DNA of 64,000 nucleotides, taken from the NCBI GenBank assembly GCA_024228495.1, contig JAAETJ010000362.1, forward strand, positions 10,308 to 74,307, read 5' to 3'. Within the stretch, counting starts at the first letter, position 1, and every line of letters begins with the position of its first letter. The DNA comes from a bacterium. Lineage in GTDB: Bacteria; Pseudomonadota; Alphaproteobacteria; Rhizobiales; JAKIUO01. This document shows positions 35,918-43,492 of the stretch, piece by piece. The notes under the pieces are model-generated. The model saw only the letters and a program-made list of their open reading frames with translations, searched no databases and had not been told where the DNA came from. The position numbers were made by a program, and so were the translations under genes.

Positions 35918-36286
35918 TTGGCCAACAGGTATCGCGGTGAAATCAGCGCTGAATTTGATGGTGCCAAGCAGACTTTGTGTCTGACGCTTGGTGCACTTGC
36001 TGAACTGGAAGAAGCGTTTGGCGAACAGGATTTATTGTCGCTTGCCGAGCGTTTTTCGTCAGGGCGTATCACGTCAAAAGATGCCTTGCATATTCTTGGT
36101 GCGGGCTTGCGCGGCGCCGGACACTCGATCAGTGACAAGGAAGTTGGCAAGTTGAAAGTCGAAGGCGGGGCAACTGGTTATATTTCAATTGTCGCAAGGC
36201 TGCTAACAGCAACCTTTGGTGATAATAGTGAACCACCTTTGAGCGAGCCGGTCAAAAGAGGCGAGCCCAGCAAGCCGGGAAAGTAA
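35918..36286 (+). CDS. GTA/phage tail assembly chaperone (RcGTA g10 equivalent; G-like)
   Basis: ANRYRGEISAEFDGAKQTLCLTLGALAELEEAFG matches the GTA g10 N-terminal pattern. TTG 35918 lies just after the repeat. The ATG at 35879 would add 13 residues encoded by repeat DNA. Confidence 0.75.
   Translation: MANRYRGEISAEFDGAKQTLCLTLGALAELEEAFGEQDLLSLAERFSSGRITSKDALHILGAGLRGAGHSISDKEVGKLKVEGGATGYISIVARLLTATFGDNSEPPLSEPVKRGEPSKPGK
36277..36283 (+). promoter_or_regulatory. Candidate -1 programmed ribosomal frameshift heptamer G GGA AAG
   Basis: The zero-frame codons are CCG GGA AAG TAA, so the heptamer sits on the last two sense codons of g10. The -1 frame is open from 36232 to 36513. Confidence 0.55.
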
Positions 36287-36513
36287 CCAATGCCATCGTC
36301 CCTGAACCGTTTCCCTGGGAGCGGGTGATGGGGGTGGGACTTGGCATGCTTCAACTTCCCCCGGAACATTTCTGGTCCATGACTATTCCTGAACTGGAGG
36401 CGGCCGTCAGCGGCGCGTTTGGTGATCGCGCTTTGGCGATGCCTCTTGCGCGCAAAGAACTTGATGAGTTGATGCAGCGTTTTCCAGATGAAGGAGTAAT
36501 CACAAATGTATGA
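36283..36513 (+). CDS. -1 frame extension of the tail chaperone (RcGTA g10.1 equivalent; GT-like C-terminal part)
   Basis: The -1 frame reads ...GKVTNAIVPEPFPWERVMGVGLGMLQLPPEHFWSMTIPELEAAV. The first possible start in this frame (GTG 36325 / ATG 36328) lies after the PFPWERV residues. Confidence 0.6.
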   Translation, partial: VTNAIVPEPFPWERVMGVGLGMLQLPPEHFWSMTIPELEAAVSGAFGDRALAMPLARKELDELMQRFPDEGVITNV

Positions 36514-37066
36514 TGAAGTTGCCGGACTAACGGTTCGGATCAATGCGGACACCTCTCAGTTTAATGCCGGGATAAAGGAAGCTGCGCAACTAGGGGTGCA
36601 GTTTTCTCGTTCTATCTCATCGGCTTTTGAGGATGTGATTTTCAAGGGCAAGGATCTGGGCGATGTGTTTCGGTCCTTGGCGCTTGATATGTCCAAAATG
36701 GTTTTCAAATCTGCTTTCAAGCCTTTGGAACAAGCGGTGGGCGGTGCATTTACGCAGCTGTTTAGCGGTTTTGGCGGTGGCGGGGCACCAAGCCTGTTCG
36801 CGAAGGGTGGTGTTGTTGCAGCCCCCACTGCTTTTTCGCTGGGTAATGGCAAATCTGGTATCGCTGGTGAAGCAGGGCCTGAAGCGATTTTGCCGTTGAT
36901 ACGCGGTGCAGATGGCCGCCTTGGTGTCCGTCAAGCGGGTGGAGGGCGCAATGTTACGATCAATTTCAATGTCTCGAGCCCAGATGTTGACAGCTTTAAA
37001 CGGTCAGAAACACAGATCAATGCGATGCTCAATCGGGCGGTGGCGCGCGGGGAAAGGAATCTATAG
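36506..37066 (+). CDS. Short tail tape measure protein (RcGTA g11 equivalent)
   Basis: Gly-rich centre and FAKGGVVAAPTAFSLGNGKSGIAGEAGPEAILPL motif. 186 aa. Confidence 0.75.
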   Translation: MYDEVAGLTVRINADTSQFNAGIKEAAQLGVQFSRSISSAFEDVIFKGKDLGDVFRSLALDMSKMVFKSAFKPLEQAVGGAFTQLFSGFGGGGAPSLFAKGGVVAAPTAFSLGNGKSGIAGEAGPEAILPLIRGADGRLGVRQAGGGRNVTINFNVSSPDVDSFKRSETQINAMLNRAVARGERNL

Positions 37067-37069
37067 ACC

Positions 37070-37708
37070 ATGAATTTTCATGAGGTGCGTTTTCCAACCA
37101 GTATTTCTCGTGGCTCTATGGCCGGGACGCAACGGCGCACACAGATTGTCGTGCTGGGGTCTGGCAGGGAAGAGCGTAATAGCAATTGGGCTGATAGTCG
37201 GCGTCTCTACAATGCAGGCTATGGTATCAAGACACTGGATGATCTTTACGAAGTCATGGAGTTTTATGAAGAACGTCGCGGGCGATTGCATGGATTTCGC
37301 TGGAAAGACCGCCTTGACCACAAGAGTTGCAAGCCCTCAAAAACCCCACAACCAACCGATCAGGTTATGGGCACGGGGGATGGAGCTCGGGTGTCATTCC
37401 AACTTTCAAAGACTTACGGCGGCGCTTTTTCTCCCTGGCAACGCGATATTACAAAACCTGTAGCAGGGAGCGTACGGATCGCTGTCAACGGCATCGAACA
37501 GACGCAAGTCAATGATTTTTCAATCGATGCTGTGAGCGGTGAAATCTTGTTTCACAGCGGTGCGGTGCCAGCTATTGGCGCGCTGATCACGGCGGGCTTT
37601 GAGTTTGATGTACCGGTGCGTTTTGATGAAGACACGCTGGAAATCAATCTCGAACATTTCGACGCTGGTCAGGCACCCGGCATCTCGATTCGAGAGATTA
37701 GAGTTTAA
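37070..37708 (+). CDS. DUF2460-family distal tail protein (RcGTA g12 equivalent)
   Basis: MNFHEVRFPTSISRGSMAGTQRRTQIVVLGSGREERNSNW...FYEERRGRLHGFRWKD. Confidence 0.85.
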   Translation: MNFHEVRFPTSISRGSMAGTQRRTQIVVLGSGREERNSNWADSRRLYNAGYGIKTLDDLYEVMEFYEERRGRLHGFRWKDRLDHKSCKPSKTPQPTDQVMGTGDGARVSFQLSKTYGGAFSPWQRDITKPVAGSVRIAVNGIEQTQVNDFSIDAVSGEILFHSGAVPAIGALITAGFEFDVPVRFDEDTLEINLEHFDAGQAPGISIREIRV

Positions 37709-37716
37709 AAAAAAGT

Positions 37717-37767
37717 CCCCTCACCCCAGCCCTCTCCACCCTTGGGGAGGGGGTTAGGTTCAGGGGG
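37717..37767 (+). repeat. Family-B REP-like element (CCCCTCACCCCAGCCCTCTCC + hairpin)
   Basis: cccctcaccccagccctctccacccttggggagggggttaggttcaggggg, in the g12|g13 spacer. Confidence 0.7.
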
Positions 37768-37785
37768 TTGAAGGAAAGCAACACC

Positions 37786-38685
37786 ATGAAGCAATTACCT
37801 CAAGGCATGCAGGCGCATCTTGATAGCGGCGCGACAACCCTGTGCTGGTGTTGGCGTCTGACCCTCATTGATGAGACCGCCTATGGGTTTACCAGTCACG
37901 ACCGCAACTTGACATTTGACAACACGCAGTTCGAAGCCGCTAGCGGGTTCTCCGCTAGTGAGCTATCAGCCGGGGTCGGCCTGTCGACAGATAATCTGGA
38001 AGCTGAGGGGGCTTTGTCGTCGGATAGACTCAATGAGGACGAGCTGGCGCAAGGGCGCTTTGATGATGCACAGGTGGAGATTTTTCGAGTCAACTGGGCA
38101 GACCCGGCGCAGCGCGTGCTCATGAGTTCTGGAAGCCTGGGCGAGGTCAAACGTGGTGAAAATAGTTTTAGCGCGGAGGTACGCGGGCTTTCCCATTATC
38201 TGCAACAACCCAAAGGGCGGTTGGTGCAATATGGCTGTGATGCAGCCCTTGGCGATACGCGTTGTACGCTTGATGTGAGCGCGAGTAGCTCTTTTCGTGT
38301 CAGCGGAGCGGTCACCAATGTGCAATCTAAACATGCTTTTACGGTCACTGGTCTGGAGGGATTCGTGTCCGGCTGGTTCGCGCGCGGCAATTTGATCTGG
38401 CAAACCGGTTCCAATGCGCCGGGCCGCATGGAGATCAAGCAGCACCGGGTCCTTGAAAATGGCGATATATTTATTGAGCTGTGGCAGGACATGGCATTTG
38501 CTATCACGTCGGGGGAGACGTTTGATGCAGTCGCTGGATGTGACAAACAGTTTTCGACTTGCCGGGATAAATTTACCAATCACATCAATTTTAGAGGCTT
38601 TCCCCATGTGCCCGGCAATGATTTCATCATCTCCTATCCGGGCCGCGATGATGCCAACAATGATGGCCAGAGTTTCAGTCAGTAA
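37786..38685 (+). CDS. DUF2163-family tail hub protein (RcGTA g13 equivalent)
   Basis: MKQLPQGMQAHLDSGATTLCWCWRLTLIDETAYGFTSHDRNLTFD. The track start (TTG 37768) lies inside the repeat. Confidence 0.85.
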   Translation: MKQLPQGMQAHLDSGATTLCWCWRLTLIDETAYGFTSHDRNLTFDNTQFEAASGFSASELSAGVGLSTDNLEAEGALSSDRLNEDELAQGRFDDAQVEIFRVNWADPAQRVLMSSGSLGEVKRGENSFSAEVRGLSHYLQQPKGRLVQYGCDAALGDTRCTLDVSASSSFRVSGAVTNVQSKHAFTVTGLEGFVSGWFARGNLIWQTGSNAPGRMEIKQHRVLENGDIFIELWQDMAFAITSGETFDAVAGCDKQFSTCRDKFTNHINFRGFPHVPGNDFIISYPGRDDANNDGQSFSQ

Positions 38686-38696
38686 GAGTTCAAACA

Positions 38697-39134
38697 ATGA
38701 GTATTACACGTCAAAAAATTATCACTGTGGCGCGAAGTTGGCTCGGCACGCCCTATCATCATCAGGCCAGCGTCAAAGGCATTGGTACTGATTGCCTTGG
38801 ACTCGTGCGCGGCGTGTATCGTGAAATATATGGCCATGAAGCCGAAGCGCTTCCTGCCTATACTCCCGACTGGGCGGAAGCCAGCGGTATCGAGACCATG
38901 CTGAAAGCGGCGACCAGACATCTTGATCGGCGCTTGCTTGAGACAATGGCACTGGGGGATGTGATCATTTTCCGCCTGCGTCCCAGTATGGTTGCCAAAC
39001 ATGCAGCCATTGTTGTCGAGCCGCAAAAAATGATCCATGCCATCGAAGGTGCGCCGGTCAGCGAAGTTGTTTTGTCAAGCTGGTGGCATCGGCATATAGC
39101 GGGCGTATTTTCTTTTCCGGGCATTGAACAATAG
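38697..39134 (+). CDS. NlpC/P60-family cell-wall peptidase (RcGTA g14 equivalent)
   Basis: WLGTPYHHQASVKGIGTDCLGLVRGVY (catalytic Cys context), followed by H..IV. Confidence 0.9.
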   Translation: MSITRQKIITVARSWLGTPYHHQASVKGIGTDCLGLVRGVYREIYGHEAEALPAYTPDWAEASGIETMLKAATRHLDRRLLETMALGDVIIFRLRPSMVAKHAAIVVEPQKMIHAIEGAPVSEVVLSSWWHRHIAGVFSFPGIEQ

Positions 39135-39163
39135 TTAGAGGCTTTTAATAACAAAACCACTTA

Positions 39164-39200
39164 CCCCCTCTCCCACGGGGAGAGGGCTGGGGTGAGGGGG
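39164..39200 (-). repeat. Family-B REP-like element, inverted relative to 37717-37767
   Basis: The sequence is ccccctctcccacggggagagggctggggtgaggggg. It has a perfect 9-bp hairpin (CCCTCTCCC-acg-GGGAGAGGG). Its reverse complement shares CCCCTCACCCCAGCCCTCTCC with the first copy. Confidence 0.75.
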
Positions 39201-39239
39201 CCGATCGCGCTGTTCTGCACAAATGTAAAGGATTTTTTC

Positions 39240-42200
39240 ATGGCAACCCTTGTTTTAGCAACGGCTGGCGCGGCGGTTGGCGGCGCTCTTTTGCCTGCTG
39301 GTGTTGGCCTGCTTGGGGCGACCCTTTCAGGTGCTGTTATTGGTCGCGCCATTGGTTCGGTGGCCGGGCGCTATATTGATCAAGCCTTGTTTGGGGCGAG
39401 CGGTCAGAATAAAATCGTTGAAAATACAGGGGCACGGCTAGCGGATTTGCAGGTAACCACTTCTTCTGAAGGGTCGCCCATTCCGCGTATTTTTGGGCGT
39501 GCGCGGCTTGGCGGGCAGATCATCTGGGCGACGCGCTTTGAAGAAGACCTTATTCGTGACAGCAAGACTGCCAAACCATCCAGCAAGGGTATTGGCGATG
39601 GGCCAAGCCAGACCACAATTACCACCGGCTATCAATATTACGCCAATTTCGCGATTGCCCTTTGTGAAGGCAAGATATCGCGATTGGGACGCGTCTGGGC
39701 TGATGGTAAAGAGATCAATCTTGCACAATATACCTATCGGCTTTATCGCGGCGATGAGTCGCAATTGCCTGACAGTTTGCTGGAAGCCAAGGAGGGTGCG
39801 AGCAATGCGCCGGCTTATCGCGGCCTCGCCTATATCGTTTTTGAACGCCTGCCACTGGAGCTATTTGGCAATCGTATTCCCCAGTTCAATTTTGAAGTGT
39901 TCAAGGCGCTCGACGATGTGGAACAAAAGATTACAGCTGTGACCATGATCCCGGCAACGGGAGAATTTGCCTATGAGGTGGAGCCGGTAGAACGCGATGC
40001 CGGAAAAGGGGAGACCATATCTGAAAATACCCATCATCAGATGGGTGGCACTGATTGGTCATTGTCGATGGATCAGTTGCGTGACATGATGCCAAATTGT
40101 GGCTCGGTGTCACTTTTCGTGAGCTGGTTTGGAACGGATCTGCGTGCGGGTCAGTGTCTGGTCAAACCCGGTATCGAAAGCCGTCAGAAAATCACCACGC
40201 CCTATAGCTGGAAAACAGCAGGCCTGACGCGCTCAAATGCTTATGAAATATCAAGCATTGACGAGCGGCCCGTATTTGGTGGTACGCCTAGTGATCGCTC
40301 GGTGATCGCCGCGATCAGTGATCTCAAGGCGCGCGGTATGAGTGTCAGCTTTAATCCGTTTTTACTGCTCGATATTCAGGGCGACAATGTGCTGAGCGAT
40401 CCTTATAGCGGTTCCTATCAGCCAGCTTTTCCGTGGCGCGGACGCATCACTTGCGATCCAGCCCCAGGGCAAGTGGGAAGCCCCGACAAAAGCGCGGCTG
40501 CTGGTACTCAGCTCGACAGTTTTATTGGCACCTGCACGGTTGCAGATTTCGATATTTCCGATGGCGAGGTGGTTTATAGAGGCCCAAATGAGTGGGGCTG
40601 GCGGCGCATGATCTTGCATTATGCGCATCTGTGCAAGCTAGCGGGGGGGGTCGATGCGTTTCTGCTTGGTTCTGAACTGCGTGGTCTAACGCAAGTTCGC
40701 GAAGGTGCTTCATCCTATCCCTTTGTCAGCGCTCTCGTTCAATTGGCAGCTGATGTCAAAGCCGTGCTTGGCACCACCACCAAGGTGAGTTATGCCGCTG
40801 ACTGGTCAGAATATTATGGTCATCAGCCAACGGATGGCAGCAATGATGTATTTTTTCATCTCGACCCGCTGTGGTCGAGCAATGATATCGACATGATCGC
40901 CATGGATTGCTATTGGCCACTGGCGGATTGGCGCGATGAGGACACTCATCTGGATGCAGGCAATGGCATTTTATCCACTTATGATCCGTCCTATCTCAAA
41001 GGAAATATTGCTGGCGGCGAGGGCTATGACTGGTATTACGCCACGCAAGCTGATCGCGATGCCCAAACCCGCTCGACAATTAGCGATGGTGGGGGCAAGC
41101 CCTGGATATTTCGTTACAAGGATATCGCCAACTGGTGGGGGCAACCACATTTTGATCGCCCCGGCGGTGTTGAAGTAGCGAGCGCAACAAATTGGGTGCC
41201 ACAATCAAAACCGTTTTGGCTGATGGAAGTGGGCTGTCCCGCCATAGACAAGGGCGCCAATGAACCCAATGTGTTTTACGATGGCAAAAGTTCTGAAAGC
41301 CGCTTCCCCCATTATTCAAATGGTACCAGAGATGACACCATGCAGCGGCGTTATCTGCAAAGTTTTTACGAATATTATGACGAGGCGCATGAGGATTTTG
41401 ACGAGAGCGATAATCCTCAATCCTCTGTTTACACCGGTCGTATGGTCGATGTGGCAAAAATTCACGCCTATACGTGGGATGCGCGCGCCTTTCCCGCGTT
41501 CCCGTTTGATCGCGAGGCATGGTCGGATGGCGAAAACTGGTTTTTGGGACATTGGCTGAATGGGCGCATGGCGGGTGGTCCCTTGCAGGCGGTGGTTGAG
41601 GGGATCTTGCGCGAATATGGGTTTGATCGCTATGATCTGACGCCGCTCGATGGCATGATGGAGGGCTATATCCTCGATAGCGTGATGTCAGCGCGGGACG
41701 CGTTACAGCCTCTTGAAATGGCGTTTTTTCTTGACAGTTTTGAAAGTGGTGGTGCCATTCGTTTTTCCCATAAGGGGCAAAACGGTGTCAGCTTGTCATT
41801 GGCGTGCTCACAACTGGTAGAGTCCAGTGAAAATGCCGATCTTTATACACTGACGAGATCGCAAGAAACGGACCTGCCACTATCGGCCAAGCTCACCTAT
41901 ATCGATGGCGTGGCCGATTATCGCCAAGCCGTTGTCGAGGCGCGCAGAGATAATGTCGCCACAAATCGTATCGCAACCGCGCAGCTTCCCATTGTGCTTG
42001 GTCAAGAACAGGCGCAGGGCATTGCTGATAGCTGGCTGCACGATGTGTGGAGCGGGCGCGAAAAAGCAAGTTTTGCGCTGCCTCCCTCCAATCTGGCAGT
42101 GGAGCCGGGGGATGTGGTCCGCCTTGCGATCAAGGACCGGGAAATGGATCTGCGTGTGTCGCAAACAGCGACCGGGGACGCGCGATCCATCGAAAGCCTG

Positions 42201-43214
42201 TCCCTGCAGCCGCATATTTATAAAATGCCGGTGGCGCCAAGCCGTGTCGGCATTTCATCTGGTAGCAAGATCTTTGGCCCGTCCGTGTCGGTGTTTATGG
42301 ATTTGCCTTTGTTGCGCGGCGATGAAGTGGCCTCAAATGGTTATGTAGTGGGCTATCAGTCGCCATGGCCGGGAGCGGTCAGTTTTTTCTCGTCGCCAAC
42401 AGGTAGCGGTTATGCATTGGCTGCCAGCGCCAATCTTCTAGCACTTATGGGTGAGACCGTAAGTGTACTGGCAACTGGCCCGGCCTCTCGTTGGGATTGG
42501 GGAACGAGCGTTGATGTGATGATCTATAGCGGCGAGCTGTTGTCACGAGAGGGCGAGGATGTGTTATCGGGGGCCAATCTTGCTGCCGTTGAACATGCCA
42601 GTGGCGAGTGGGAAGTCATGCAGTTTCAAAGCGCGCAACTGATTGGCGACAAGACTTATCGCTTGAGCGGTTTGTTGCGTGGTCAGGCGGGCACGGAGCC
42701 ACATATAAGCGGCGATCTCCCGGTGGGGGCGCGTTTTGTCATTCTTGATGATGCTTTGACACCGGTTGAGCTGACGCAGGATCAAATCGGGCTCGATTAT
42801 AGCTGGAAGGTTGGACCCGCTCCCTATGATCTGGGACACCGATCCTATCGGAGTTATCAAAAGAGTTTTGCTGGTCTTGGCCTCAAACCCTTTGCCCCTG
42901 TACATTTGCAAGCTGTGGTAGATGCAGGGGGAGATATTGTCATCAGTTGGATCAGGCGCACCAGATCTGGCGGCGATAGCTGGGGATCAACCGAAGTGCC
43001 ACTTTTCGAAGATAGCGAAGCCTATGAAGTGGATATATTAGATACCGGCAATGTGGTGCGCACCTTGGCCAGTGCCAGCAGCTCGACCCTCTATAGCAAT
43101 GCTCAACAAATAACAGATTTTGGCCAGTCGAAAACGGCGCTTGATATTGCGGTCTATCAAATGAGCGCTTGCACCGGGCGTGGACATCAAGCTCTTGCGA
43201 TGCTCACATTATAA
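39240..43214 (+). CDS. Large multidomain baseplate/host-specificity protein with TIM-barrel-like glycoside-hydrolase domain (RcGTA g15 equivalent)
   Basis: 1324 aa from ATG 39240 (MATLVLATAGAAVGGALLP...), N-terminal Gly/Ala-rich segment, and g15-like size and position. The track start at 39192 lies in the repeat. Confidence 0.9.
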   Translation: MATLVLATAGAAVGGALLPAGVGLLGATLSGAVIGRAIGSVAGRYIDQALFGASGQNKIVENTGARLADLQVTTSSEGSPIPRIFGRARLGGQIIWATRFEEDLIRDSKTAKPSSKGIGDGPSQTTITTGYQYYANFAIALCEGKISRLGRVWADGKEINLAQYTYRLYRGDESQLPDSLLEAKEGASNAPAYRGLAYIVFERLPLELFGNRIPQFNFEVFKALDDVEQKITAVTMIPATGEFAYEVEPVERDAGKGETISENTHHQMGGTDWSLSMDQLRDMMPNCGSVSLFVSWFGTDLRAGQCLVKPGIESRQKITTPYSWKTAGLTRSNAYEISSIDERPVFGGTPSDRSVIAAISDLKARGMSVSFNPFLLLDIQGDNVLSDPYSGSYQPAFPWRGRITCDPAPGQVGSPDKSAAAGTQLDSFIGTCTVADFDISDGEVVYRGPNEWGWRRMILHYAHLCKLAGGVDAFLLGSELRGLTQVREGASSYPFVSALVQLAADVKAVLGTTTKVSYAADWSEYYGHQPTDGSNDVFFHLDPLWSSNDIDMIAMDCYWPLADWRDEDTHLDAGNGILSTYDPSYLKGNIAGGEGYDWYYATQADRDAQTRSTISDGGGKPWIFRYKDIANWWGQPHFDRPGGVEVASATNWVPQSKPFWLMEVGCPAIDKGANEPNVFYDGKSSESRFPHYSNGTRDDTMQRRYLQSFYEYYDEAHEDFDESDNPQSSVYTGRMVDVAKIHAYTWDARAFPAFPFDREAWSDGENWFLGHWLNGRMAGGPLQAVVEGILREYGFDRYDLTPLDGMMEGYILDSVMSARDALQPLEMAFFLDSFESGGAIRFSHKGQNGVSLSLACSQLVESSENADLYTLTRSQETDLPLSAKLTYIDGVADYRQAVVEARRDNVATNRIATAQLPIVLGQEQAQGIADSWLHDVWSGREKASFALPPSNLAVEPGDVVRLAIKDREMDLRVSQTATGDARSIESLSLQPHIYKMPVAPSRVGISSGSKIFGPSVSVFMDLPLLRGDEVASNGYVVGYQSPWPGAVSFFSSPTGSGYALAASANLLALMGETVSVLATGPASRWDWGTSVDVMIYSGELLSREGEDVLSGANLAAVEHASGEWEVMQFQSAQLIGDKTYRLSGLLRGQAGTEPHISGDLPVGARFVILDDALTPVELTQDQIGLDYSWKVGPAPYDLGHRSYRSYQKSFAGLGLKPFAPVHLQAVVDAGGDIVISWIRRTRSGGDSWGSTEVPLFEDSEAYEVDILDTGNVVRTLASASSSTLYSNAQQITDFGQSKTALDIAVYQMSACTGRGHQALAMLTL

Positions 43215-43224
43215 TCTCGACGAA

Positions 43225-43422
43225 ATGGAAAATATGAACAACTTTCTCACACCCCAGGAACAAGATGCGATCATTGCCGGGGGGTTGATCAGCTCTCCTG
43301 CCTGGGCCGGTTGGCTTGCCGATTTCAATCTGGTTTTGACGACGATTACATTGTTGCTGGGGGCTGTACTTGGTGCCACAAGGCTTTGGCGTGCATATGT
43401 GCGGCGCAAACCATTCGACTAA
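43225..43422 (+). CDS. Holin-like small membrane protein (65 aa)
   Basis: Two hydrophobic segments (AIIAGGLISSPAWAGWLA; FNLVLTTITLLLGAVLGATRLW) and a basic C-terminal tail (RAYVRRKPFD). It starts 10 nt after the g15 stop. The call is based on topology only. Confidence 0.5.
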   Translation: MENMNNFLTPQEQDAIIAGGLISSPAWAGWLADFNLVLTTITLLLGAVLGATRLWRAYVRRKPFD

Positions 43423-43452
43423 CGTCAACCAAATTAAACATCATTTTTTTAC

Positions 43453-43473
43453 ACGCCCTTTTGGCGTTTTTTT
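43453..43473 (+). terminator. Weak hairpin + T7 run between the holin-like and endolysin genes
   Basis: acgcc-ctttt-ggcgt followed by ttttttt. The stem is only 5 bp. Confidence 0.3.
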
Positions 43474-43492
43474 GTGCGAAAAGGATTAGCCT

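Noticed and set aside
37966-38697. 243-aa minus-strand ORF across g13
   Set aside because: It is antisense to a well-supported DUF2163-like gene, and no family resemblance was seen.
39161-39352. 63-aa minus-strand ORF ending ...TPALSPWERG
   Set aside because: Its C-terminus is simply the translation of the family-B REP-like hairpin, and the rest is antisense to the g15 N-terminus.
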